Positions 8,186-16,485 of a DNA stretch of 43,581 nt are shown here, in pieces. The notes beneath the pieces were generated by a model. It saw only the letters and a program-made list of their open reading frames with translations. It ran no database searches and was not told the origin of the DNA. The position numbers were made by a program, and so were the translations under genes. This DNA is from a virus (Duplodnaviria > Caudoviricetes), in IMG/VR virus record IMGVR_UViG_3300018476_000006, positions 1 through 43,581 of that record; one strand, 5' to 3'. Position 1 is the stretch's first letter. Each line of letters starts with the position of its first letter.

Positions 8186-8640
8186 TGCCGATCTACGAGA
8201 CCGAGGCCGACCGCGACCGCGAGCGGTACCTTGCCGACCTCGTTGCCGTGCAGCTGTTCTGCGATGTCGAGTTCCGCCCCACGCTCTACCCGGTCGACTG
8301 GATTGGGCGCGGCGCGTTGGGCGAGCCGATGTGGGTGGCCGAGAACAAGTGTCGCACGCACCGCGAGCATCGCTTCCCCACGCTCTGGGTGGAGGTCGCC
8401 AAGGTGCGGGGGCTGGAGCGCGAGGCCGCGCGCCTCGGCCTCGACGTGAGCCACCGGGGCATCTTCGCGGCGATGTGGGCCTGCGGCGCCGTGCGCGTGT
8501 TCTACCACCACCGCATCGTGCAGGCGCCGGTGCGCGCCTGTTGCCGGCTGAACCGGGCCGGCGAGACCCCCGACCCCTGCTACGACGTGCCCGTCAAGTG
8601 GGGCGTTCCGCTGTATTCGCTAGGGTTTTCTGGGGGTTGA
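8185..8640 (+). CDS. PD-(D/E)XK restriction-endonuclease-fold protein
   Basis: YETEADRDRE, PVDW...AENKCR (D..E.K motif). Confidence 0.65.
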   Translation: MPIYETEADRDRERYLADLVAVQLFCDVEFRPTLYPVDWIGRGALGEPMWVAENKCRTHREHRFPTLWVEVAKVRGLEREAARLGLDVSHRGIFAAMWACGAVRVFYHHRIVQAPVRACCRLNRAGETPDPCYDVPVKWGVPLYSLGFSGG

Positions 8641-8665
8641 CACGGTAACCCAACGGTCGTATACT
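8637..8665 (+). promoter_or_regulatory. sigma70-type early promoter TTGACA-17-TATACT with AACCCAACG in spacer
   Basis: Near-consensus; same architecture as four other promoters. Confidence 0.9.
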
Positions 8666-8709
8666 CTTCTGGTGGTCGGCAGTCGCCGGCCCGCCCGAGG
8701 AGAGACCCA

Positions 8710-8943
8710 ATGTTCAACGACATCCAGCGCCGGGAAGACGACGACTTCGAACTGTTCGCGGCCTACGACGCCAAGCGCGAAGCGTTCGGCGACCCGTGCC
8801 CGGGTTGTAAGCGCCTGCGCGGCGGTGGCGATTGCGCCTACTGCTTCGATGAGGGCGACGGCCGCGACGAACCGGTGGTGGCCGCCGCGCCGCGCGTGCC
8901 GGTCGTGCTGGCGCCGCTGGGCGCTGACGACATCGACTTCTGA
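8710..8943 (+). CDS. small acidic Cys4 zinc-ribbon protein
   Basis: CPGC/CAYC; CCGAGGAG RBS. Confidence 0.75.
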   Translation: MFNDIQRREDDDFELFAAYDAKREAFGDPCPGCKRLRGGGDCAYCFDEGDGRDEPVVAAAPRVPVVLAPLGADDIDF

Positions 8944-8993
8944 AGATTCATCCGGCGGGGGCTGCGGCCCCCGCCTTGTCCGAGGACACGACC

Positions 8994-9218
8994 ATGAGAA
9001 CGCTGACCAACCCGACGCGCACGCCCGAGCAGACCGCCCGGGTCGAACTGATCAAGGCCATCAACGCCGAGACCGAGTCGACCGACATGCAGGTGCGCCA
9101 CCAGCGGTGGCACCGCGCCGTCGGCGGGGACGCCATGACCACCCAGCAGCTGGAAGACGCGCTGGGCCACCTGCGCGCCGCGCGCGCCCTATTGGCCGCC
9201 GCCGGCGCCGCCCGCTAA
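8994..9218 (+). CDS. hypothetical early protein
   Basis: Hairpin plus CCGAGGA RBS before ATG 8994. Confidence 0.7.
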   Translation: MRTLTNPTRTPEQTARVELIKAINAETESTDMQVRHQRWHRAVGGDAMTTQQLEDALGHLRAARALLAAAGAAR

Positions 9219-9242
9219 CCGAGGACCGAGGAGGACACGCCC

Positions 9243-9830
9243 ATGAAGACCACCGCCCGCAAGATCGTCATCCGCCCCAACGCATGGGGCAACTGGTACG
9301 GCTACATCAGCGGCAAGCAGGCCGCGCTGTTCACCAACGGCCACGTCGCGGGCGGCAACGCCGGCGCCGACGACCAGAAGGCGCAGGCCGAGGCGTGGCT
9401 GCGCGACCAGCTGCGCGCCGAGGTGCTGCGCGTCTACGGCGCCGACCTCGCGCGCCTGCAGCGCGGGTTCAACCGCACCACGCTGGAGGTCACCACCACC
9501 GACGTGGGCCTTGCCGGCGCGCTGGTCGCCATCGCCGAGGAGCGCCAGCTGCCGGTGCTCGCCGCCCCGGTGCTCATCGGCCGGGCCACGCGCGTGCCGC
9601 ACGTCCGCGTGACTGTGCGCGCGTCGGCGCACGACATCGAGGTCGCCGGCAGCGGCGAGTCGGTGCTGCTCATCCACGGCACGTCGCCCGAGGGCGTCGA
9701 CTGGCTGCATGAGAACGTGCAGCATGAGCCGTGGCAGGCGCTGGCCGGCCGGCTGGGCGTGGAGCACCGCTTCATCGCCAGCATCATCGAGGGCGCCACC
9801 GCCGCCGGCCTGTCGGTGCGCGTCCTGTGA
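9243..9830 (+). CDS. hypothetical two-domain early protein
   Basis: GAGGAGG RBS; NAWGNWYGY N-domain. Confidence 0.8.
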   Translation: MKTTARKIVIRPNAWGNWYGYISGKQAALFTNGHVAGGNAGADDQKAQAEAWLRDQLRAEVLRVYGADLARLQRGFNRTTLEVTTTDVGLAGALVAIAEERQLPVLAAPVLIGRATRVPHVRVTVRASAHDIEVAGSGESVLLIHGTSPEGVDWLHENVQHEPWQALAGRLGVEHRFIASIIEGATAAGLSVRVL

Positions 9831-10069
9831 CCCTCAAGCGCGGCCGGATGTCGACCGAGCACACGGTGTGGTGCGCCAACATGCTGACCCGGCCGACGCC
9901 GTGGCCGATGGACGCGGTCGACCGCCACGCGCCCTGCCACCAACACCTGCAGGTCGCCGTGCCCGGGCGGGTGCAGGCCGCCGCGCAGGCCGAGGCCGAC
10001 GGCTGGACGTTCACCCGGCGCTACGGCTGGCTCTGCGCGCGCTGCAGCCGGCGCGCGGGGGTCAAGTGA
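9827..10069 (+). CDS. small Cys-containing hypothetical protein
   Basis: GTGA coupling; GWT...YGWLCARC. Confidence 0.6.
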   Translation: MTLKRGRMSTEHTVWCANMLTRPTPWPMDAVDRHAPCHQHLQVAVPGRVQAAAQAEADGWTFTRRYGWLCARCSRRAGVK

Positions 10070-10305
10070 GCGTCTGGCAGACCATCCCCAAGCGCGGCGG
10101 CGGCGGGATGGTGCGCCTGCGCGTGCGGCAGGCCAAACGCATCGAGCTAGAGGTGCGCGTGGACGGCGTCAGCGTCACCATCTCGCTGGCCCCGGTCGAC
10201 GCCCGACGCCTGCAAGGCGCGCTGGGGACCGCCTGCACCGTGCAGGCCGGGCTACAATGCCCCGCGTGCCCAAGCGGCCAGCCCTCGCCCCCGACGACCA
10301 CCTAA
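10066..10305 (+). CDS. hypothetical protein
   Basis: GTGA coupling. Confidence 0.55.
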   Translation: MSVWQTIPKRGGGGMVRLRVRQAKRIELEVRVDGVSVTISLAPVDARRLQGALGTACTVQAGLQCPACPSGQPSPPTTT

Positions 10306-10526
10306 CCCCGCCCAGCGCCCCTACGGGCGACGTGGCGCTGGCGGTCGAGGCCTCCCTGCCCGACCAAGGCAACGCCTTCACCCTCGACAAGGACGGCGGC
10401 TGCACCATCCGGCTGGCCATCAGTCCGCAGGAGGCCGGCGCGTGCGCCAACGCCATCGCCAGCCTCACCGACGCGACCTTCTGGCTGGCGCTCATCCTCA
10501 AGCCCAAGAAGGCCCGCAGGACGTAG
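10266..10526 (+). CDS. hypothetical protein, possibly leaderless
   Basis: TACAAT 10253-10258, GTG 7 nt downstream. Confidence 0.6.
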   Translation: MPKRPALAPDDHLTPPSAPTGDVALAVEASLPDQGNAFTLDKDGGCTIRLAISPQEAGACANAIASLTDATFWLALILKPKKARRT

Positions 10527-10528
10527 CG

Positions 10529-10936
10529 ATGCCCAAGGGCACCCAGACCCCCGTCCCGGTCTCCCAGAACACGCTGGCGCCCTACCAGAAGGCCAAGGGG
10601 CACGTCAAAATGCGGACCCTGCGCCAGCTGATTGATAGGTACGCCGGGAAGGACGGCGAGAAAATTGTGCAGTGTTTGGCCGTGCTGGCGTTCGGCGATT
10701 CGGAGGGCCGGCGCAACCTGTTCGGGGAGCACGTCAAGGCCGACGCCTCGATTCGGATGCGCGCGCTGGAGGTGCTGGCCGCCCGGCGCTGGGGGCAGGT
10801 GCCGCAGATTCTGGACCCCACCGGCGACCCCAATTCGATGCCCGTCACCATCGTCAACGTCTACTCGCCCGTGCCCATTGGGTCAGATGCCCCAGAACAG
10901 AAAACCATCCCCGCCAAAGCCGTGAGGAGTGCATGA
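10529..10936 (+). CDS. terS: putative terminase small subunit
   Basis: Two genes upstream of TerL; 135 aa; IRMRALEVLAARRWGQVPQ helix pattern typical of TerS. Confidence 0.6.
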   Translation: MPKGTQTPVPVSQNTLAPYQKAKGHVKMRTLRQLIDRYAGKDGEKIVQCLAVLAFGDSEGRRNLFGEHVKADASIRMRALEVLAARRWGQVPQILDPTGDPNSMPVTIVNVYSPVPIGSDAPEQKTIPAKAVRSA

Positions 10937-11187
10937 AGCTGAACCTCGACCGCCTGTTCCGCTACCACCGCCCCGAGGGCACGCAGCCCGACCGCTACGC
11001 GCGCCTGCGCGCCGCCGCCCGCACCTACGCCGACACCATCGCGGAACTGACCCCGGAGTCGCCCGAGCAGACCCTCGCGCTGCGCGCGGTCCACCTCGCC
11101 TCGATGCACGCCAACAGCGCCATCGCCGTCAACGAGGAGGCCGACCAGTGGACGCCGCCGGCGGCAGCGGAGACCCCGGCGGTCTGA
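10933..11187 (+). CDS. Acb2/Tad1-like helical-hairpin protein (candidate immune-signal sponge)
   Basis: FRYHRP..TQ..RY..LR.AA..YA..I....P.S.E..LAL......MHANSAIA pattern; GAGGAG RBS; coupled to both neighbours. Confidence 0.65.
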   Translation: MKLNLDRLFRYHRPEGTQPDRYARLRAAARTYADTIAELTPESPEQTLALRAVHLASMHANSAIAVNEEADQWTPPAAAETPAV

Positions 11188-12740
11188 TGCCGGCCACCTC
11201 CGACCTTGTGGTGCGGCGCGGCCGGCGGGTGGTCGAGCACCGCTGGAACCCGGTGCAGTCGCGCTTCCTGCTGGCCTCGGCGGCCGAGCACCCCTACATC
11301 GATCTGGAGGGCGCGGTGCGCGCCGGCAAGACCACGCCGCTGGTGGCCAAGGTGGCCGGCTACTGCGTCGACTTCCCGGGCATCCACTGCGCGCTGGCGC
11401 GCTGGACGCAGGACGGCCTCGACGCCCAGCTGAAGCCCCGGTGGCGCGACTGGTGCCAGCACAACGGCCTCGCCCTGCGCTACCACGCCGACGAGGAGTA
11501 TGACGAGGTGGTCGCCACCGGCAGCCGCGTCTACCTGCGCGCGCTCAAGAGCAGCGAGGAGACCAGCCGCTACGGCAAGCTGGCCGGCCTCACGCTCGCG
11601 GTGCTGGGCATCGACCAGCCCGAGGAGGTGCCCGAGGATGTCTACCGCGCCTTTGTGCCGGCGCGCCTGTCGCAGGTCGGCTACCCACATCAAGTGCTGC
11701 TGACGCCCAACCCGCCGGGCGAGACCCACTGGCTCGCGCGCGACTTCCCGGTCAGCAACACGCGCCCCGGCCACCTCTACCTGCGGACCAGCGTCTACGA
11801 CAACCGCCACAACCTCGGCGACCTCTACATCGGCGCGCTGGAAGCCGCCTACCCCGCCGGCCACGCGCTGCGCCGGCGCTTCATCGAGGGCAAGCGCGGC
11901 CTCGCGGTGGTGGGCGAGCCGGTCTACGGGTCGACCTTCAACAGCAACCTGCACGTCGGGCCGACCCGGCTGAACCCGCATGTGCCGCTGCTGGAGGCGT
12001 GGGACTTCGGCCACAAGCACCCCAGCGTCGTGTGGTCGCAGATCATGCCGTGGGGCCAGCTGGTCATCCACGGCGGCATCATGGGCGTCGACCAGTTCAT
12101 CGAGGACTTCACGCCGGCGGTGCTCGCGCAGCGCGCGACGTGGTTCTGGCCCGAGGACGACGCCGAGGACGGCGTGCCCTTCGACATCCAGAGCACCGGT
12201 GACCCGGCCGGCGACCAGAACAACAGCCAAGGCACGTCGACCAGCGCGGCCGACATCCTGCGCGAGTATGGCGTCAGCCTCTACACCATCCCGGGCGCCA
12301 ACCACATCGACGCGCGCGACCGCTGCATCCAGCACGTCGCCGGCTACCAGCGGCGCCTCACGCGCACCGGGCCGGCGTTCTACGTCGACCCCGACCGCTG
12401 GCTGCTCCTCGCCACCGACGGCCCGCGCTTCAGCACCCACTTTGTCGACGCGCTGGAGGCCGGCTACGTCTGGGACGAGCGGGTGTTTGCGACCACGCTG
12501 TCGCCCAACACGCGGCGCCCGCGCAAGGACGGCTACTACGACCACTGCATGAACTGCTTGGAGTACACGGTGCTGGCCTACGGGCCGGCGCAGCCCACCA
12601 AGGTGGACGCCGCCAAGGCCGAGCGGCAGGCGCTCGCGCGCAGCCAGCGTGACCTCGATCCGGTGGGACGCGGCGACGGCGGCAGCAGCAAACACGGCGG
12701 GCGCTTCGGCGGCGGCCCGCGTCGGATCCGCTTCCGGTGA
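11187..12740 (+). CDS. terL: terminase large subunit
   Basis: Walker A GAVRAGKT, Walker B-like LGIDQPEE, LLTPNP coupling motif, nuclease WDFG, GDPAG, DHCMNCLEY. Confidence 0.93.
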   Translation: MPATSDLVVRRGRRVVEHRWNPVQSRFLLASAAEHPYIDLEGAVRAGKTTPLVAKVAGYCVDFPGIHCALARWTQDGLDAQLKPRWRDWCQHNGLALRYHADEEYDEVVATGSRVYLRALKSSEETSRYGKLAGLTLAVLGIDQPEEVPEDVYRAFVPARLSQVGYPHQVLLTPNPPGETHWLARDFPVSNTRPGHLYLRTSVYDNRHNLGDLYIGALEAAYPAGHALRRRFIEGKRGLAVVGEPVYGSTFNSNLHVGPTRLNPHVPLLEAWDFGHKHPSVVWSQIMPWGQLVIHGGIMGVDQFIEDFTPAVLAQRATWFWPEDDAEDGVPFDIQSTGDPAGDQNNSQGTSTSAADILREYGVSLYTIPGANHIDARDRCIQHVAGYQRRLTRTGPAFYVDPDRWLLLATDGPRFSTHFVDALEAGYVWDERVFATTLSPNTRRPRKDGYYDHCMNCLEYTVLAYGPAQPTKVDAAKAERQALARSQRDLDPVGRGDGGSSKHGGRFGGGPRRIRFR

Positions 12741-12829
12741 CCGACTTCGTCTTGATCCTCGGCGGCACGGCGGTGGCGCTGGCGTGTGTGGTGGCGCTGC
12801 TGGTGCTGCGCGGCCACCGGTGGAAGTGA
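12737..12829 (+). CDS. 30-aa single-pass membrane peptide
   Basis: GTGA-coupled; MTDFVLILGGTAVALACVVALLVLRGHRWK. Confidence 0.5.
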   Translation: MTDFVLILGGTAVALACVVALLVLRGHRWK

Positions 12830-12869
12830 CCTGCGCTATACTCGGCCGTCCTAGAGGAGGCCTCCATCC

Positions 12870-13532
12870 ATGGTGCGAACCTGTCTGCTGCTCGTCGTCG
12901 GCCTGCTGCTGCTCCCCCTGCCTGTCGGCGCCACCCAGATCGTGGGGTTCGGGCAGCTGGGGTCGACCAACACGTTCATCGCCACCAACAACGGGGACGG
13001 CACCACCGACCTCGCGGTGACGACCGGCGTCAGTATCACCAACATCATCAGCGGGGCGACCGACCCCAACGCGCTGCTGACCTTTGAAGCCGAGTCGACC
13101 ACGGCGGCCTCGCTGCTGGGCGGCAGCATCATCACGCAGAGCTTTGAGGGCACCTTCTCGCTGACCAACGCGGCGGGCACCTTCGAATACCTCGGCGGCA
13201 CCTTCGGCGGCGCGCTGATGCTGGGCGGCAACGGCGGCACCGGGTCGCTGTTCAGCGCCAACACGGCGCTGCTGTCGCCGCTGGTGCTGACCACCGACCT
13301 GCCGGTGTTCCTGCAGAACCCGGAGAGCTTCTCGCTGTCGCTGTCCAACGTCAACCCGCCGTTCAGCATCGGCGCCGACGGCAGCATCGCCAGCTTCACC
13401 GCGAGCTTCACCGGCACGGCCGACGCCACAGTGACAGCCGCCCCCGTCCCAGAGCCGGGGTCGCTGATGCTGTTGGGCAGCGGTCTGCTGGGGCTGGCCA
13501 GCGCCGCGCGCAAGCGATGGCGCCGAGCCTAG
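12870..13532 (+). CDS. PEP-CTERM sorting-domain surface protein
   Basis: Signal peptide, Ser/Thr/Gly-rich body, C-terminal VPEPGSLMLLGSGLLGLASAARKRWRRA; TATACT 12837 and GAGGAGG RBS. Confidence 0.93.
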   Translation: MVRTCLLLVVGLLLLPLPVGATQIVGFGQLGSTNTFIATNNGDGTTDLAVTTGVSITNIISGATDPNALLTFEAESTTAASLLGGSIITQSFEGTFSLTNAAGTFEYLGGTFGGALMLGGNGGTGSLFSANTALLSPLVLTTDLPVFLQNPESFSLSLSNVNPPFSIGADGSIASFTASFTGTADATVTAAPVPEPGSLMLLGSGLLGLASAARKRWRRA

Positions 13533-13678
13533 TCCCGCGTCGGGCGACGGTGGTCGCACTGCCACTGGTGCTGGTCACCGTCGCCGCCCGCACGCTCGGC
13601 GCGCACAGCCCGAGCGGCACCGGATCCCTCGCCCCGTCGCCGAGCGCCGGCGGGGTGTTCACGCCGCCAGCGGAGTAG
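13517..13678 (+). CDS. 53-aa hypothetical peptide with hydrophobic N-terminus
   Basis: Fills the gap between PEP-CTERM gene and ATG 13681. Confidence 0.35.
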   Translation: MAPSLVPRRATVVALPLVLVTVAARTLGAHSPSGTGSLAPSPSAGGVFTPPAE

Positions 13679-13680
13679 CG

Positions 13681-13989
13681 ATGCAGACACGCGGCACGTT
13701 CCCGGCGCTCTACACCACAGACCTCCCGAGGAGCACGTCCATGACGACCGCCAGCACCCAGACCGCCCCCGGCAAGAAGAACGGCGACGAGACCAAGGAC
13801 GCCAAGGACGAGCGCGAGAGCCTCGCCGAACTGGCCAGCCGCCTCGGCCTGCGCGATGCCGAGGGCAAGCTCGACCTTGAGGCCGCCAAGCGGGTGCTCG
13901 ACAGCGAGGTCGAGGCCGAGATGGCCAAGAAGAAGGCCGAGGCCGAGGCCAAGAAGGCCGCCGAGGCGCCCGAGCCAGCCAAGAAGTAG
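13681..13989 (+). CDS. small Lys/Glu/Ala-rich protein, two possible starts (13681, 13741); long form begins with capsid-like peptide
   Basis: GGAG before 13681, CCGAGGAG before 13741; MQTRGTFPALY vs MCP MQVRGTFAALY. Confidence 0.75.
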   Translation: MQTRGTFPALYTTDLPRSTSMTTASTQTAPGKKNGDETKDAKDERESLAELASRLGLRDAEGKLDLEAAKRVLDSEVEAEMAKKKAEAEAKKAAEAPEPAKK

Positions 13990-13992
13990 CCG

Positions 13993-16146
13993 ATGCCGCC
14001 CCCGGAGCGCCCGTCGCCGTTTGACGTGAAGCTGTCGGCAGAGCAGACCACCGCGCTGGAAGGGTTCCTCTACGACGAGATCACCCGTGCCGTCGCGGCG
14101 CGGGCGCCCATCGTGTCGCCCGGGGGCGACCTCGACTACTGGCACTGGCTCTACGACCAAGGCAAACGCAACACCTCGGAGTTGCCCTTCCCCGGGGCCG
14201 CTGACCTGTCGACGTGGCTGGTCACCGAGAAGATCGACGCCCTGCGCGGGCGCTTCGTCAAGACCATCTTTGTCGAGCCGGTGTGGACCGTCGAGGGCTG
14301 GGGCAAGGCCGCCGAGCGCGCCCCGCTGGTTGAGGAGTTCCACCAGTGGAAGGTGGAAGACGAGCGCCTGCAGGCGTGGCTGCAGCGCACCTTCGACCTC
14401 GCGCTGGTCGAGGGCACCGGCGTGCTGGAGTGCGTCGAGAAGGCCGACCTCATCAAGCGCAAGAGCCTCAAGCAGGTGCAGCCGCAGCGCACCGACACCG
14501 GCGCCGTGCTGTTCGGCCCCGACAGTCAGCCGCAGCTGATGCAGGACGCGCGCGGCCGGCTGATGGAGGCCGAGGACGCCGACGAGAGCGGCGCGGTCGA
14601 GGCCGAGGTGGACGAGGTCATGCCGGCGCGGCGCGGCCCGACCTACCGCAACATCAGCCTGCGCGACTTCTTCTTCCTGCCCGGCCACGCGCAGGACGAC
14701 TCCGAGGTGTGGGGCTACGCCAAGCGGTTCTGGCGCCGCATCAGTGAACTGCAGCAGCGCGCCGACGAGGGCACCTACGACGCCGAGGCGGTGGGCCGGC
14801 TGGCCGAGGTGGCTGACCGCGACGACTCGACGCTGCCCGGGCCGGTCGCGGCCACCGGCCAGACCGTGGCGCCGCAGGACAAGCGCACCACCATCGAGAA
14901 GGAACTGTGGGAACTGCAGGTGCTGATGGACTTGGACGAGGACGGGGTGGACGAGTGGTACATCGTCACCTTCTCGGCCATTCACCGGGTCATCCTGCGG
15001 GTGCGCCACGACGACCTCGGGCTGCCGCGCTTCCTGTGCTTCCGGCCCTACCCGAACCCGCTGTCGGTCTACGGCCGCAGCCACGTCGCCAAGCTGGCCA
15101 GCCTCGCCGAGGAGCACGCCGGCACGCGCAACGCCATCGCCGACCGCTCCAACCTCGTCAACAACGCCCCGGTCAAGCGCAAGGCGTCGTCCGCGTGGGA
15201 CATCGAGGAGGAGCCGTGGGGGCCGGGCGCGGTCATCACCGTCAACGACATGGGCGAGATCGAGCCGGTGGCGCTGCCCGACGTGCCCAACAGCATGATG
15301 TCGCGCGAGACCGCGATCATCGCCGCCGGCGAGCGCGTCAGCGGCCTCAACGACGTGGCGCTGGGCGCGACCCCCGGGGAGTCGCGCACGCTCGGCGAGG
15401 TCAACATGGTGACCGAGCAGAGCTTCGTCCGCATCGAAGAGAGCATCCGCAACATGCAGGAGGCGCTGGAAGACCTCTTCCGGGTGCGCCATGAACTGTG
15501 GCGCCGCGCCGCCGCCGAGCAGCCGCTGGAACCCAGCGCGCGCTTCATCCGCGAACTGGCCCTGCGCGGCATCGAGATGGCCGAGGGCGGCATCACGCCC
15601 GAGGTGCTGGCCGGGACGTTCCACGGGAAACCACGCGGCAGCGTCGAGAGCGCCGACCGCAACCGCCAGCGCCAGAACTACAACGGCTTCATGCAGGCGG
15701 TCGCCGGCTTCGGGCAAATGAACCCGCAGCTGCAGCAGGTGCTGGCCAGCCCGCAGGTCATCATGCCGCTGTTCGAACAGGCGCTGCGCCTCTACGACGT
15801 GCCCAACCGCGCGCAGTTCATGCGGGCGATGCGCGAGTGGGAGATGCAGCTGTTGCAGCAGCAGCAGATGGCCCAGCAGCAGGCCGCCATGGGGATGCCG
15901 CCGCCCGGGATGCCGGGCCAGCCGCAACTGCCCCCGGGCGCGCCGCCGCCGCCGGGAGGACCGCCGCCACCGGGCGGCCCGCAGGCGGGACCACCGCCAC
16001 CCGGAGGACCGCCGCCACCCCCGGGGCCGCCACCGGGACCGCCGATGGGCGGGCCGCCGCCGCCGGGCAACCCCGCCGCGATGGGGCCACCGCCGCCGGA
16101 ACTGATGGCGCAGCTGCAGGGCCAGCAGCCGCCGGTGCTCCAGTAG
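13993..16146 (+). CDS. portal protein with Pro/Gly/Gln-rich C-terminal tail
   Basis: 717 aa, downstream of TerL; RNISLRDFFFLP, YGRS, ERVSGLND..LG, RTLGEV pattern of podoviral portals. Confidence 0.82.
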   Translation: MPPPERPSPFDVKLSAEQTTALEGFLYDEITRAVAARAPIVSPGGDLDYWHWLYDQGKRNTSELPFPGAADLSTWLVTEKIDALRGRFVKTIFVEPVWTVEGWGKAAERAPLVEEFHQWKVEDERLQAWLQRTFDLALVEGTGVLECVEKADLIKRKSLKQVQPQRTDTGAVLFGPDSQPQLMQDARGRLMEAEDADESGAVEAEVDEVMPARRGPTYRNISLRDFFFLPGHAQDDSEVWGYAKRFWRRISELQQRADEGTYDAEAVGRLAEVADRDDSTLPGPVAATGQTVAPQDKRTTIEKELWELQVLMDLDEDGVDEWYIVTFSAIHRVILRVRHDDLGLPRFLCFRPYPNPLSVYGRSHVAKLASLAEEHAGTRNAIADRSNLVNNAPVKRKASSAWDIEEEPWGPGAVITVNDMGEIEPVALPDVPNSMMSRETAIIAAGERVSGLNDVALGATPGESRTLGEVNMVTEQSFVRIEESIRNMQEALEDLFRVRHELWRRAAAEQPLEPSARFIRELALRGIEMAEGGITPEVLAGTFHGKPRGSVESADRNRQRQNYNGFMQAVAGFGQMNPQLQQVLASPQVIMPLFEQALRLYDVPNRAQFMRAMREWEMQLLQQQQMAQQQAAMGMPPPGMPGQPQLPPGAPPPPGGPPPPGGPQAGPPPPGGPPPPPGPPPGPPMGGPPPPGNPAAMGPPPPELMAQLQGQQPPVLQ

Positions 16147-16485
16147 ATGCCCCCACGCACCGACGACCAGCTGCAGGCCGCCCTCGACGCCCTTGACGAC
16201 CTCACGCGCCACCCCGGCTGGGCGCTGGTGGTCGAGCACGCGCAGGTGCGGTTCGGCGGCAAGGCCTTCATCAGCGCCATCGGGGACGCCGCGCGCTGCG
16301 ACACCGCCGACGCGGTCGCGCTGAAGGTGCGCGAGGTGGTCGGGCAGCGGGACGCCGCCACCGCGCTGGTCGAGTTCCCGCACCGCGAGGCCACGGTGCT
16401 CAAGGCCGAGCAGCGCACGCGCGGCAAGGCCAAGGCCGCCGCGCAGGGTGACTACTTCGGCCCCAACGTCGAGGTCACCCTGTGA
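16147..16485 (+). CDS. hypothetical protein following portal
   Basis: LDDLTRHPGW motif; abuts portal. Confidence 0.75.
   Translation: MPPRTDDQLQAALDALDDLTRHPGWALVVEHAQVRFGGKAFISAIGDAARCDTADAVALKVREVVGQRDAATALVEFPHREATVLKAEQRTRGKAKAAAQGDYFGPNVEVTL

Noticed and set aside
12819-12836. Possible sigma54 site before the PEP-CTERM gene (TGGAAG...CTGC)
   Set aside because: GG-to-GC spacing is not the required 10 nt
15895-16100. CCGCCG tandem repeats as VNTR or regulatory repeat
   Set aside because: Encode the Pro/Gly tail of the portal, with synonymous variation between units
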